64,000 nucleotides of DNA, taken from positions 3,918-67,917 of the forward strand of contig CAJUMB010000004.1 of the NCBI GenBank assembly GCA_910587105.1. Reading direction: 5' to 3'. Numbering within the stretch: position 1 is the first letter of the stretch; each line of letters starts with the position of its first letter. The position numbers and the translations under genes were made by a program. This document shows, one piece after another, positions 20,476 through 33,450 of the stretch. The notes below the pieces were generated by a model. It was given only the letters and a program-made list of their open reading frames with translations. It had not been told where the DNA came from and searched no databases. This DNA comes from an uncultured Lachnospiraceae bacterium (GTDB taxonomy: Bacteria > Bacillota > Clostridia > Lachnospirales > Lachnospiraceae).

Positions 20476-21303
20476 ATGGATAAAATTTTTATAAAAAAAT
20501 TGGAAGTGTTTGCAAAACATGGAGTTTTCCCGGAAGAAAATGTATTGGGACAGAAATTTCTCATATCTGCAGTTCTCCATACGGATGTGCGTGAGGCGGG
20601 TAAAACCGACGATTTGACCAAATCCATCCATTATGGGGAAGTGAGCTGCATGATGAAAGAACACCTGGAAGGACATACGTACTGCCTGCTGGAGCGGGCG
20701 GTGGAGACTCTGGCCAGGAAAATGCTTCTTGAAATCCCCGGCTTACAGGAAGTGGAACTGGAATTGGAAAAACCCTGGGCTCCCATCGGTCTGCCGCTGG
20801 AGACGGTTTCAGTGGCCATACGGCGCAAATGGCACCGGGCTTACATAGCACTGGGTTCCAACATGGGAGATAAAGAAGAATATCTGCGCAAAGCAGTGAA
20901 AGCTGTGGAAACGAATGAAGACTGCCAGGTAATGAAAGTTTCCTCTTTCCTGCGCACGGCACCCTATGGAGGCGTAGAACAGGAAGATTTTCTAAACGGA
21001 TGCATGGAAGTGCGGACCTTGCTGACGCCGAGGGAACTGCTGGAATTTATCCATCAGGTTGAGGCGGATGCAGGACGAGAGAGGAAAGTTCACTGGGGGC
21101 CCAGGACTCTGGATTTGGATATTATTCTATATGATAATGAACTGGTGGATGAGCTGGACCTGCAGATTCCCCACAAAGAAATGGCGAAAAGAGACTTTGT
21201 GCTGTTTCCTCTGCGTGAGATTGCGCCTTTTCTCCGGCACCCGATTACGAAAAAGACTGTGGAAGAACTTGCGGAAGAATTGACTCAGCATTATGTTATG
21301 TAA
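20476..21303 (+). CDS. folK: Fused dihydroneopterin aldolase / HPPK (FolB-FolK)
   Basis: N-terminal HGVFPEE..LGQ..YG (FolB); C-terminal ALGSNMG, WGPRTLDLDI, IPH..RDFV (FolK). Confidence 0.94.
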   Translation: MDKIFIKKLEVFAKHGVFPEENVLGQKFLISAVLHTDVREAGKTDDLTKSIHYGEVSCMMKEHLEGHTYCLLERAVETLARKMLLEIPGLQEVELELEKPWAPIGLPLETVSVAIRRKWHRAYIALGSNMGDKEEYLRKAVKAVETNEDCQVMKVSSFLRTAPYGGVEQEDFLNGCMEVRTLLTPRELLEFIHQVEADAGRERKVHWGPRTLDLDIILYDNELVDELDLQIPHKEMAKRDFVLFPLREIAPFLRHPITKKTVEELAEELTQHYVM

Positions 21304-21465
21304 TGTGAGGCCGCCTGTCTGTTTATTGGGCAGCCTCGTCAAGGGGAGGATAAAAAGTATTTTTGTATTCATTGGAGGGGATTCCAATGAATAACTATAG
21401 TATTGCCGGGAATATCGGAATTATACAAAAAATATAAATGTTTTTATAAGGAGTGTATGGGCGCA

Positions 21466-22146
21466 ATGCGTTATGAAATTAAAGGTGAGACTCTGCCGGT
21501 GGTGATCTGCCATCTGGAGGCAGGCGAGACAATGATTACAGAGGGCGGAGGGATGGCATGGATGTCCCCCAATATGCAGATGGAGACAACTTCCGGCGGC
21601 GGATTGGGAAAAGCATTTGGCAGGATGCTGTCAGGGGATACATTATTTCTGAACCGTTACACGGCACGGGGAGGAAATGGAATGATTGCATTTGCCTCCG
21701 GTTTTCCGGGATCAGTAAAGCCGTTTACAGTAGGTCGTGGACAGGAGTATATTCTGCAAAAGAGTGCATTTTTGGCCAGTGAGTCCGGAGTGGATTTGGA
21801 TATTCATCTGCAGAAGAGATTCAGTTCAGGGCTGTTTGGCGGCGAGGGCTTTATCATGCAGAGAGTCAGCGGAAACGGCGTAGTTTTTGCCGAATTTGAC
21901 GGGCATGTGGTGGAATATGAGCTGCAGGCCGGACAGCAGATTGTGATAGACACCGGGCATCTGGCGGCCATGTCCGCATCCTGTACCATGGAGATTCAGA
22001 CGGTTCCGGGTCTCAAAAATAAACTTTTAGGCGGTGAAGGGCTTTTCAATACAGTGGTCAGCGGTCCCGGGAATGTATGGCTGCAGACCATGCCCATCAG
22101 CAATGTGGCAAAATCAATCCAGCCTTTTATACAGTCTTCCAATTAA
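21466..22146 (+). CDS. TIGR00266 / AIM24 family protein
   Basis: Repeated GG(E/D)xLF motifs, [11 protein letters not shown]. Confidence 0.85.
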   Translation: MRYEIKGETLPVVICHLEAGETMITEGGGMAWMSPNMQMETTSGGGLGKAFGRMLSGDTLFLNRYTARGGNGMIAFASGFPGSVKPFTVGRGQEYILQKSAFLASESGVDLDIHLQKRFSSGLFGGEGFIMQRVSGNGVVFAEFDGHVVEYELQAGQQIVIDTGHLAAMSASCTMEIQTVPGLKNKLLGGEGLFNTVVSGPGNVWLQTMPISNVAKSIQPFIQSSN

Positions 22147-22271
22147 TTTTAGAAAAGTGTCAGGGGCATCCGTGGTGGTGCCCCTTTTCGTGGTGTTTGA
22201 AAATTGCGGATAGTTTTGCATTATTATGGTATGATAAAAAAGACTATAGAGATATATGGAGGTGTCTGCCC

Positions 22272-24383
<2,112 letters not shown>

Positions 24384-24504
24384 AAGTTTTATAAAATTTG
24401 CGGACATAGTTTTTTCATAATAGAACTTTTGACGGACGAATCAAAACATGGTATAATCAGGTAAGTCAGATTCAATCAATACTTGGAAAAGAGGAAATAG
24501 ATTC

Positions 24505-25020
24505 ATGAGTGAAAAAACGATTTTGGAACAGTGGAGGGAGGCTGCCTATGATCAGTCTGCGGATAAAGGAAAACTGCAGAAGTTCTGGGCTGCCTATTTT
24601 AATATCGAAAAAGGAATTTATGAGCAGCTTCTGGAGAATCCCGACCAGGTGGTTACTGGTACAGTGAAAGAGCTGGCAGAAAAATACGGGCAGGATGTGT
24701 TTACCATGACAGGTTTTCTGGACGGGATTAATGACAGCCTCAAGGAGCCAAACCCCATTGATGAGATGACAGAAGATACCGTGGTAAACCTTGGATTTGA
24801 TAAGGAAAAACTTTATAAAAATATGGTAGATGCCAGAGCGGACTGGCTGTATGAACTCCCCCAGTGGGAAAAGATCTATGATGAAGAGACGAGAAAGCGT
24901 CTGTATCTGGAACAGAAGAAATCAGGAACTATAGTAAAAGGGCCAAAAGTAGGGCGCAATGACCCCTGTCCCTGCGGTTCGGGGAAGAAGTATAAAAAGT
25001 GCTGCGGAAAAAACGCTTAA
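24505..25020 (+). CDS. SEC-C motif protein
   Basis: C-terminal [18 protein letters not shown]. Confidence 0.92.
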   Translation: MSEKTILEQWREAAYDQSADKGKLQKFWAAYFNIEKGIYEQLLENPDQVVTGTVKELAEKYGQDVFTMTGFLDGINDSLKEPNPIDEMTEDTVVNLGFDKEKLYKNMVDARADWLYELPQWEKIYDEETRKRLYLEQKKSGTIVKGPKVGRNDPCPCGSGKKYKKCCGKNA

Positions 25021-25757
25021 TGATAACTGCGCTTCTTCTTATTGGGATTTTATTTCTGGCATATTATGTTTTCCTGCAGATGAAAGGTATGGACTTTGCC
25101 GTTATATGGCTGATGGCGGGAGGCATGCTGATCTTGGTATGGTATGCGCTTAGCAGGCAGCCGGTTTGGATTTCTGTTCTTCCACAGACGGTGAAAGCGG
25201 GAATCGGTATCTTGTTTTTGCTGGGGTTTCTGCTTTTCGCTGCTCTGGAGATTTTGATTCTGCATGGCATGGGCACAGGATGGCAAAATGACCTGGACTA
25301 TATTATTGTGCTGGGAGCACAGGTCCGGGGAGACCGTCCCAGCCGGGCACTGAGAATGAGAATCGACACGGCAGCGGATTATCTGCGGGAACATCCATCT
25401 GTTCAGGCTGTTCTGTCCGGAGGGCAGGGGCCCGGTGAGAATATGACAGAAGCGGAATGTATGAGAAACGTTCTTGTTGAAATGGGAATTTCAGAAGACA
25501 GACTGATTCTGGAAGACCGGTCCACGAGTACATGGGAGAACCTGACATTCAGCGCCGGCCTGGTGCCGTTGAAAAAGGCAGGAGTCGGGCTGGTGACCCA
25601 GAATTTTCATGTGTACCGCAGTGTACAGCTGGCCAGACGCCAGCAATATGAACGCGTATCCGGGATTGCGGCGCCGTCAGAGCCGGTGAATTTTCCTCAT
25701 TTTATGGTGCGGGAAGCATTTGCATTGGTGAAAGAAAAATTGGTGGGAAATTTGTGA
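24999..25757 (+). CDS. YdcF/ElyC (DUF218) family membrane protein
   Basis: [31 protein letters not shown]; start may be 25020. Confidence 0.88.
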   Translation: MLRKKRLMITALLLIGILFLAYYVFLQMKGMDFAVIWLMAGGMLILVWYALSRQPVWISVLPQTVKAGIGILFLLGFLLFAALEILILHGMGTGWQNDLDYIIVLGAQVRGDRPSRALRMRIDTAADYLREHPSVQAVLSGGQGPGENMTEAECMRNVLVEMGISEDRLILEDRSTSTWENLTFSAGLVPLKKAGVGLVTQNFHVYRSVQLARRQQYERVSGIAAPSEPVNFPHFMVREAFALVKEKLVGNL

Positions 25758-26153
25758 AATCGGATATTTTGGAAGAAGTGGATTTGGAAAAATCGTCATT
25801 TTGTATATTTTGTAGCAAAAAATATGTTGAATTATCCAATGGCGCAAAAATTATTCGGATAAATGGCGAAATTAGGTAATTTTTCCTATTGTATTTTGTC
25901 CATTTTTATTATATTATATTCATATCGGAACAGGTTGACGGGGATTTGTTTTAATCTTGGAAATCAGCGTACGGATACTCCGGGTGTGAATTATGATTCC
26001 CTGACTAATGTGTCAACAGATTCCGGCGTACCATGGTTTTATTTTACATAAAGAAACTCTGGTAAACGGTTGTTTTGTAACTATTGATTGTAACTGGTCA
26101 ATGTTTTTGCAGTTACCAAATTATTTTTTCCATTATGTAAGGAGGTAATACAA

Positions 26154-27836
26154 ATGGGATTCAAATCAGATATTGAAATCGCTCAGGAAGCAGTACCCCA
26201 GGATATTCGGGAAATCGCTAAGAAAATTGGATTAACAGAGGACGAGCTGGAGCTTTACGGAAAATATAAAGCAAAAATCGACTACAATCTGATGAAAACA
26301 AAAGCTGGTTCAGGAAACAAAGCTAAATTAATCCTGACCACAGCTATCAATCCAACTCCTGCCGGAGAAGGAAAGACAACAACAACTGTTGGTGTTGGTG
26401 ATGCTCTTGCAAAATTAGGCAAGAATGTGGTACTGGCTTTGAGAGAGCCCTCCCTCGGACCGGTATTTGGTGTAAAAGGCGGCGCTGCAGGCGGCGGCTA
26501 TGCACAGGTTATCCCTATGGAAGATATCAACCTGCATTTCACAGGTGACTTCCACGCTATTGGCGCTGCAAACAACCTTCTGGCAGCTATGATCGACAAC
26601 CACATTTATCAGGGAAATCCTCTGGATATCGACCCCAGAAGAGTGATCTGGAGACGCTGCGTAGATATGAACGACCGTCAGCTGCGTAATGTAGTAGATG
26701 GTCTGGGTGGAAAATCTCAGGGATACGTGAGAGAAGACGGATTTGATATCACGGTTGCATCAGAAGTTATGGCAGCTTTCTGTCTGGCCAGCAGCCTGGA
26801 CGACCTGAAAGACCGTTTCTCCAAGATTCTGGTTGCTTACTCAAGAAAGAATGAGCCGATCACAGCAGGACAGCTGAACGCACAGGGTGCTATGGTAGCT
26901 CTTTTGAAAGATGCTTTAAAACCGAACCTGGTTCAGACACTGGAAGGAACCCCCTGCTTTATCCACGGCGGACCGTTCGCAAACATCGCACATGGATGTA
27001 ACTCTGTAATCGCTACAAAGATGGCTATGCACTTTGGTGATTATGTAGTAACAGAGGCTGGTTTCGGTGCTGACCTTGGTGCTGAGAAGTTCCTGGATAT
27101 CAAGTGCCGTCTGGCTGCTCTTGAGCCCGATGCAGTTATCATCGTAGCAACCATCAAAGCTCTGAAATACAACGGTGGTGTGCCGAAAGCTGATGTGACA
27201 AAAGAAAATCTGGAAGCTCTGGAAAAAGGTCTTCCGAACCTGCTGAAACATGTAGAGAACATTACACAGGTATTCGGTCTGCCGGCAGTGGTAGCTCTGA
27301 ACCGCTTTGTAACTGATACAGATGCAGAAATCGATCTGGTTACCAAGAAGTGTAAAGAACTTGGCGTTAACGTTAAAATGTCCGAAGTATGGGGCAAAGG
27401 CGGCGACGGTGGTATTGAGCTGGCTGAAGAAGTTGTTCGTCTGTGCGAAGAAGGTAAGAAAGATTTCCGTTTCGCATACGATCTGGATCTGCCTCTCAAA
27501 GAAAAAATCACACAGATCGCTACAAAGATCTACGGCGCTGACGGCGTAGACTTTGCACCGGCTGCAGCAAAAGAAATCGATAACCTGGAAAAACTGGGAT
27601 ACGGCGGAGTACCGGTTTGTATGGCTAAGACTCAGTACTCACTGACAGATGATGAGAAGAAACTGGGAAGACCAGAAGGATTCCGCATCACAATCAGACA
27701 GGTAAGCCTGAGTGCAGGTGCCGGCTTCTTAGTAGCTATCACAGGAGCTATCATGAAGATGCCTGGTCTGCCGAAAGTTCCGGCTGCTGAGAAGATTGAT
27801 GTAACTTCTGACGGCAAGATCACAGGATTGTTCTAA
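26154..27836 (+). CDS. fhs: Formate-tetrahydrofolate ligase
   Basis: [43 protein letters not shown]. Confidence 0.98.
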   Translation: MGFKSDIEIAQEAVPQDIREIAKKIGLTEDELELYGKYKAKIDYNLMKTKAGSGNKAKLILTTAINPTPAGEGKTTTTVGVGDALAKLGKNVVLALREPSLGPVFGVKGGAAGGGYAQVIPMEDINLHFTGDFHAIGAANNLLAAMIDNHIYQGNPLDIDPRRVIWRRCVDMNDRQLRNVVDGLGGKSQGYVREDGFDITVASEVMAAFCLASSLDDLKDRFSKILVAYSRKNEPITAGQLNAQGAMVALLKDALKPNLVQTLEGTPCFIHGGPFANIAHGCNSVIATKMAMHFGDYVVTEAGFGADLGAEKFLDIKCRLAALEPDAVIIVATIKALKYNGGVPKADVTKENLEALEKGLPNLLKHVENITQVFGLPAVVALNRFVTDTDAEIDLVTKKCKELGVNVKMSEVWGKGGDGGIELAEEVVRLCEEGKKDFRFAYDLDLPLKEKITQIATKIYGADGVDFAPAAAKEIDNLEKLGYGGVPVCMAKTQYSLTDDEKKLGRPEGFRITIRQVSLSAGAGFLVAITGAIMKMPGLPKVPAAEKIDVTSDGKITGLF

Positions 27837-27948
27837 GAAACAAAATAGAGATTATTATCCGGCATGGGAGGTCCGGCATTGACGGCCTCCCATGCTGTTG
27901 CCAGAAGAATCGTAAAAGCGTGAATCTTATTTTGGAGGCAATAAACAT

Positions 27949-28581
27949 ATGAAATATGCCGAAGTGACCTGTACAAAATTCGTAGATGAGACTTTCTCCA
28001 AAGCTCCGGTACCCGGCGGCGGCGGCGTGGCCTCCCTGGTAGGAGCACTGGGTGTGGCTCTGGGCGGCATGGTCTGCAATCTGACCACAGGTAAGAAGAA
28101 ATATGCACAGTATGAGGAAGATATCCAGAGAATCATGAAAGAGGCCGAAGGGCTGAAACAGACCATGATGGGTATGATTGACCAGGATGCAGAGAATTTC
28201 CTGCCTCTGTCAAAAGCTTATGGGCTTCCTACCTCAACAGAGGAAGAAAAGCAGTATAAAGAGGAAACCATGCAGGCTGCTTTAAAAGTGGCTATCCAGG
28301 TTCCTGTAGATATTGTAAAAGTATCTTATCAGGCGATTAAACTTCATCAGGAACTGGCAGACAAAGGCTCAAAGCTGGCGATTTCCGATGTGGGATGCGG
28401 TGTGCTGTGCCTGAAAGGTGCTATGATGAGCGGCTGGCTCAACGTTGTGATCAACCTGAGCAGTATTCACGATGAAGCATATGTGTCACAGATTAAGGAT
28501 GAACTTCTGCCTATGCTGGAAGAAGGACAGAAAATCTGTGATGAAGTATACGAAAAAGTATTGAACATTTTGAATTCATAA
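27949..28581 (+). CDS. fchA: Methenyl-THF cyclohydrolase (FTCD_C family)
   Basis: SKAPVPGGG, ISDVG, LNVVINL; located between fhs and folD. Confidence 0.88.
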   Translation: MKYAEVTCTKFVDETFSKAPVPGGGGVASLVGALGVALGGMVCNLTTGKKKYAQYEEDIQRIMKEAEGLKQTMMGMIDQDAENFLPLSKAYGLPTSTEEEKQYKEETMQAALKVAIQVPVDIVKVSYQAIKLHQELADKGSKLAISDVGCGVLCLKGAMMSGWLNVVINLSSIHDEAYVSQIKDELLPMLEEGQKICDEVYEKVLNILNS

Positions 28582-28639
28582 GAACAGGGTTTTAAAAATC
28601 CCGTTTATGAAATAGTTTTTTAAGGAGGACTTAGGTAAA

Positions 28640-29620
28640 ATGAGCGCACAAGTATTAGATTGTAAAGCGGTTGCCCAGTCTATTCAGGATCAATGCAAAG
28701 CTGACGCAGATGCATTAAGAGCAAAAGGCATCGTTCCGAAGCTGGGCATTTTCCGTGTAGGCGAAAAAGGACCAGACCTTTCCTATGAAAAAGGTGCTAC
28801 AAAGACAATGGCTGCGGCAGGTATCGAAGTTGAAGTATTTGCCCTCCCGGCAGAAGTAACACAGGAAGATTATATCAAAAAATTCAAAGAAGTGAATGCA
28901 GATCCGGCTATTCATGGAATTCTTGCTTTCCGTCCTTTGGATAATATTGACGAGAACGTTGCAATCGGCGAGAATATCTCTCCGTTAAAAGACGTGGATG
29001 CCTGCACCAGTGCAAACATGGGAAAACTGGTAATCAACGATCCGACTGGTCTGTATCCCTGTACAGCAAGCGCTATCATGGAAATTATTGATTACTATGC
29101 AGAAGATATCAAAAAAGTTGCAAGAGCAAAATTCGGCCCGAACCCTCTGGCAAAACCAGAGCAGGACGCTGATGTATGCTGTGGACTGGATGTCTGCATC
29201 ATCAATAACTCCAACGTTATCGGAAAACCTGTTTCCATGATGCTGACCAACCGTTTTGCAACCGTTTCTATCGTTCATCATCTGACACATCCGGAGATCA
29301 AGAACGAGTACATTCAGAGAGCAGATGTTGTAATCTGCGCAGTTCCGTTCAAAGATTCTGTGACAGCAGATATGATCAAAGAAGGCGCAGTTGTTATCGA
29401 TGCAGCTGTTAATAGAGAGAAAGCTTTCGACGCTGACGGAAATCCGATTATGAATGAGAAGACCGGAAAGCAGAAGATTGTTACCCTGGGCTGCTGCTCA
29501 GCTGATGTTGAAGAAAAAGCAAGCTGGAAAACTCCGGTTCCCGGCGTAGGCGCGATCACTTCCGCATTACTTGCAAAGAACCTGATCAAAGCCTGCAAGC
29601 TGCAGAACGGTATTGAATAA
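28640..29620 (+). CDS. folD: Methylene-THF dehydrogenase (FolD family, divergent)
   Basis: IHGIL..RP, KDVD, PCT, S.VIGKP, TPVPGVG. Confidence 0.88.
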   Translation: MSAQVLDCKAVAQSIQDQCKADADALRAKGIVPKLGIFRVGEKGPDLSYEKGATKTMAAAGIEVEVFALPAEVTQEDYIKKFKEVNADPAIHGILAFRPLDNIDENVAIGENISPLKDVDACTSANMGKLVINDPTGLYPCTASAIMEIIDYYAEDIKKVARAKFGPNPLAKPEQDADVCCGLDVCIINNSNVIGKPVSMMLTNRFATVSIVHHLTHPEIKNEYIQRADVVICAVPFKDSVTADMIKEGAVVIDAAVNREKAFDADGNPIMNEKTGKQKIVTLGCCSADVEEKASWKTPVPGVGAITSALLAKNLIKACKLQNGIE

Positions 29621-29728
29621 CTGAAAGTTACTGGCTGTGGGGGAAAACCCTGCAGCCGGCTCATAATCAATAGGATATAGAAACGTAATGGAAAGGCGGT
29701 TCTATATCAGACCGGGAGGAAAGAATAT

Positions 29729-30376
29729 ATGATTATCACTCAGAAAAAGCCAATCGAAGAATTGATGGCAATGCTGGAAGGTGTGACAAAAGTTGGACTG
29801 GTTGGATGCGGCAACTGTGCTACAGCCTGTCAGACCGGTGGTGAAAAAGACCTGGCTGAAATGAAAGAATATCTGGAATCAAACGGCAAACAGGTAGTTG
29901 GATGTGCAATTCCGGATGAATGCTGCCAGAAACTGCTGGTAAAGAAAGAAATGAAAGCATTTAAAGATGCAGATGTGGAAGCAATTGTTTGTATGGCCTG
30001 TGGCGACGGTGCACAGACTGTAGCTGAGAACATTAAACTTCCTGTATATCCGTCCAATAACACAATGTTCCTTGGACAGGTTGAACGTGTAGGCGTATTC
30101 AACGAAGCATGCCGTATGTGCGGTGACTGTGTAGTTGGAACAACAGGCGGTATCTGCCCCATTACACAGTGTGCAAAATCTCTGGTTAACGGACCTTGCG
30201 GCGGCCAGAAGAACGGCAAGTGTGAAGTGAATCCAGACAATGATTGTGCATGGATTAAGATTTACAACAGATTGGTTGAGTTGGGCCAGGAAGATAAGAT
30301 TGGAATCGTGAGAGCGGATAAAGGCTATGCAGCATTCTCCTATCCGAGAAAAATCAGCTTAAAGGAGGGAAAATAA
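29729..30376 (+). CDS. metV: Methylene-THF reductase small Fe-S/Zn subunit
   Basis: GCGNCATACQTGG; C-terminal CxxCGDC..ICP..C.KSLVNGPCGG. Confidence 0.92.
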   Translation: MIITQKKPIEELMAMLEGVTKVGLVGCGNCATACQTGGEKDLAEMKEYLESNGKQVVGCAIPDECCQKLLVKKEMKAFKDADVEAIVCMACGDGAQTVAENIKLPVYPSNNTMFLGQVERVGVFNEACRMCGDCVVGTTGGICPITQCAKSLVNGPCGGQKNGKCEVNPDNDCAWIKIYNRLVELGQEDKIGIVRADKGYAAFSYPRKISLKEGK

Positions 30377-31306
30377 ATGAGTTTATTACAACAGGCGTTA
30401 GAAAGTGGTAAATTCGGTGTAACCGCCGAGATGGCACCTCCGAAAGGCTGTGATTTTTCCAAACAGATGGAAGATGCAGAATACCTGAAAGGTCTGGTTC
30501 ATGGTGTTAACGTAACAGATATGCAGTCTGCATGTATCAAAGCGTCTTCACTGGGTCTGTGTATTCGTTTGAAGGAAGCAGGTCTGGAGCCAATCCTTCA
30601 GATGACAGGACGTGACAGAAGCAGAATCGCCATCATCGGCGAATTCCTCACTGCTGCAAACTTTGGTATTGATACCATGCTGGCTCTGACTGGTGACCAT
30701 ACAGTAGTAGGTGACTGTAAAGACTCCAAACCAGTATTTGACTTGGATTCCTGTGGTATCCTGAGCATGCTCAGCGAGATGGAAGCAAGCGATAAAGACT
30801 GTGGCGGAAATGATTTAGAGAGCAAAGCTCCTGTATTCTACAAAGGAACTTCTGTTACTCCAGTATATGAACCACAGATTCTGCAGATCAACAAACTGAA
30901 AAAGAAAGTAGCCTGCGGTGCAAAATATGCACAGACACAGGGTGTCTTTGAAATTGAAGGTTTGAAGAGATTCATGGACGCTGTAGATAAAGCAAACGTG
31001 GATGTACATATCATGGCAGGTATCATTCCGCTGAAAGCAGCTGGTATGGCAAAATACATGAACGCAAGTGTTCCGGGTATCGATGTTCCGGAATCCATGC
31101 TGAAGAGACTTTCCGATGCAGCTGCAGAAGGAAAGGAAAAAGGCATTAAGGGTCTGCCCATGAAGGTGGGTATCGAGATGGCTGCAGAGCTGATTCAGCA
31201 GATCAAAGAAGAAAAGATCTGTGACGGCGTACATCTGATGACCATCGGTGCTGAGAAGAATATCCCGACAATCCTGGAAAAAGCAGGCGTAAGCATTAAA
31301 GAATAA
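30377..31306 (+). CDS. metF: Methylene-THF reductase
   Basis: EMAPPKG, NVTD, RDRS, LTGD, QTQ, AGIIP. Confidence 0.93.
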   Translation: MSLLQQALESGKFGVTAEMAPPKGCDFSKQMEDAEYLKGLVHGVNVTDMQSACIKASSLGLCIRLKEAGLEPILQMTGRDRSRIAIIGEFLTAANFGIDTMLALTGDHTVVGDCKDSKPVFDLDSCGILSMLSEMEASDKDCGGNDLESKAPVFYKGTSVTPVYEPQILQINKLKKKVACGAKYAQTQGVFEIEGLKRFMDAVDKANVDVHIMAGIIPLKAAGMAKYMNASVPGIDVPESMLKRLSDAAAEGKEKGIKGLPMKVGIEMAAELIQQIKEEKICDGVHLMTIGAEKNIPTILEKAGVSIKE

Positions 31307-31382
31307 TTGAAAATATGGCATCGCATGCCCGCATATTGCGGGCATGTGGCTGTTAATTATGTAATTCATGGAGGATGGCGAT

Positions 31383-32771
31383 ATGAAAATTACTGTAATC
31401 GGCGGTGGCCCCGGTGGATATGAGGCAGCCATCTATGCAGCAAAAAAAGGAGCGGAAGTTGTCTTAGTTGAAAAGGACAAAGTTGGTGGAACCTGTCTGA
31501 ACAGAGGCTGTATCCCCACAAAGGCATTTCTTGCTTCCTATGATACTCTTGAGACTGTAGAGCAGGCAAAGAGTTTTGGAATTAACGTAGCTGGAGAGCC
31601 GGAAGTGGATTATCCCGCTATTTTAGCCAGAAAGAATAAAGTTATGGCTTCTCTGGTTAAAGGGATTGAATTCCTGATGAAGAAGAACAACGTGACAGTG
31701 ATCAAAGGTTTTGGAAGCCTGGTAGACAAGAACACCGTTAAGGTTGCAAAAGACGACGGGACCGAAGAAACCATCACCACAGACTATGTAATTCTGGCTA
31801 CCGGTTCCGTGCCCATTGCACCACCAGTATTCAAATATGATGGCAAACGTGTCATTACCAGTGATGAGATTCTTGACTTTGAACAGGCTCCGAAATCTCT
31901 GATCCTGGTAGGCGGCGGTGTAATCGGCTGTGAAATCGGCCAGTTCCTTGCTGCTATGGGCACAGAGGTTACTGTAGTAGAGGCACTTCCAAGACTGCTG
32001 GCTCCTATGGATGAAGATGTAAGCAAGCAGATTCAGCGCCAGTTTAAGAAAGATAAGATCAAAGTAGTCTGCGGCGACGGAATTGCAGAAGTAAATCCAG
32101 CCGAAGACCATGTTGATGTTACTCTGTCCAGTGGAAAAACTTTATCAGCTGATTACGTTCTGGTGGCAATCGGACGTGCGCCCTTTACCAAAGGTGCAGG
32201 TCTTGAAAATGCAGGCGTAGAGATGGCTGAGAGGGGAAGAGTGGCAACGAACGAATATCTGCAGACCAGCGTGGATAATATCTATGCTATTGGAGATATT
32301 ATCAATACTCCGTTCCTGGCACATGTGGCCAGCAAAGAGGGATGCATTGCTGTTGATAATATCATGGGTGCTAAGAAAGTTGCTACTTATCATGCAGTGC
32401 CTGGCTGTGTATTCACCAATCCTGAAATTGCCAATGTTGGTAAAATGGAATGGCAGCTGCAGAAAGAAGGCAAAGAGCCGGGTAAAGATTACAAGACTGG
32501 AACCTTTGAATTCAAAGGTTTGGGTAAAGCTCAGGCATCCGGACATATTGCCGGCTTTGTAAAAGTTATCGTTGATGCTGATGACGTGCTTATCGGTGCT
32601 GAGATTGTGGGAGCCAGAGCTTCTGATATGCTTCAGGTACTGACTACAGCCATTCAGATGAAACTGAAAGCAGAAGAAGTGGCTGACAGCATCTTCCCGC
32701 ATCCTACAATGTGCGAAGCTATCATGGAAGCACTTCATGATGTTCATGGCATGAGCGTTCATAAGGCATAA
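31383..32771 (+). CDS. lpdA: Dihydrolipoamide dehydrogenase
   Basis: GGGPGG, GGTCLNRGCIPTK, GGGVIG, HPTMCE. Confidence 0.95.
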   Translation: MKITVIGGGPGGYEAAIYAAKKGAEVVLVEKDKVGGTCLNRGCIPTKAFLASYDTLETVEQAKSFGINVAGEPEVDYPAILARKNKVMASLVKGIEFLMKKNNVTVIKGFGSLVDKNTVKVAKDDGTEETITTDYVILATGSVPIAPPVFKYDGKRVITSDEILDFEQAPKSLILVGGGVIGCEIGQFLAAMGTEVTVVEALPRLLAPMDEDVSKQIQRQFKKDKIKVVCGDGIAEVNPAEDHVDVTLSSGKTLSADYVLVAIGRAPFTKGAGLENAGVEMAERGRVATNEYLQTSVDNIYAIGDIINTPFLAHVASKEGCIAVDNIMGAKKVATYHAVPGCVFTNPEIANVGKMEWQLQKEGKEPGKDYKTGTFEFKGLGKAQASGHIAGFVKVIVDADDVLIGAEIVGARASDMLQVLTTAIQMKLKAEEVADSIFPHPTMCEAIMEALHDVHGMSVHKA

Positions 32772-32886
32772 ATTTGGCCGATAGTCATTCAGCCCTATAA
32801 CAGTGGGAAACCTGCAGAGGAACTTCTGCAAGAGTCCTGCTGGATGGCTGTGATAAATATAATAAATAATAAAGGAGACAGCATTT

Positions 32887-33264
32887 ATGACATTTCCAGC
32901 AGAATTAAAGTACAGCAGTGAGCATGTATGGGTGAAAGTTGAAGGAGATACTGCTAAATTCGGTATCACTGAATTTGCACAGGATCAGTTGGGCGACATT
33001 TTATTTGTTGACCTTCCGGAAGTTGGAAGTACTTTCGCAGCAGGTGAAGTTTTCACAGAGATTGAGTCTTCTAAGACAGCTTCAGAAGTACCTATGCCTG
33101 TTGGCGGCGAGATCGTTGCAGTGAACGAAGAACTGGATGATTCACCGGAAAACATCAATGAAGATGCATATGCAGCATGGATCGTTGAAGTAAAATTAGA
33201 TGACGCTTCCAAGGTTGACGAACTTCTTTCAGCAGAAGCTTATGAAGGCGGATTAGAAGAATAG
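32887..33264 (+). CDS. gcvH: Glycine cleavage H (lipoyl carrier) protein
   Basis: HVW, GITEFAQDQLGD, IESSK lipoyl lysine. Confidence 0.95.
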   Translation: MTFPAELKYSSEHVWVKVEGDTAKFGITEFAQDQLGDILFVDLPEVGSTFAAGEVFTEIESSKTASEVPMPVGGEIVAVNEELDDSPENINEDAYAAWIVEVKLDDASKVDELLSAEAYEGGLEE

Positions 33265-33295
33265 TCACACATTCTGAATAAGATTACAAAAAAGA

Positions 33296-33344
33296 AAAGC
33301 CGGTATCCCGCAGAGACATAATGATCTGCAGGACCGGCTTTTTT
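33296..33344 (+). terminator. Terminator after gcvH (possibly bidirectional)
   Basis: aaaagccggt...accggctttttt; two more hairpins at about 33385-33421. Confidence 0.7.
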
Positions 33345-33450
33345 ATCGTACAGGAAACTTCTTCTCTTTGGCTGCTGACGCAGCCGCGCTCCGGCGCGGA
33401 GAATCCGGCAAAGCCGGATTCTTTCTCGGACTTTTGATGTCCGAATGGAT

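Noticed and set aside
25758..26153. ZTP or other riboswitch in the 400-bp region before fhs
   Set aside because: No GACTGGCG/GCCTGGGC ZTP core or terminator is recognisable; only weak AT-rich palindromes are present.
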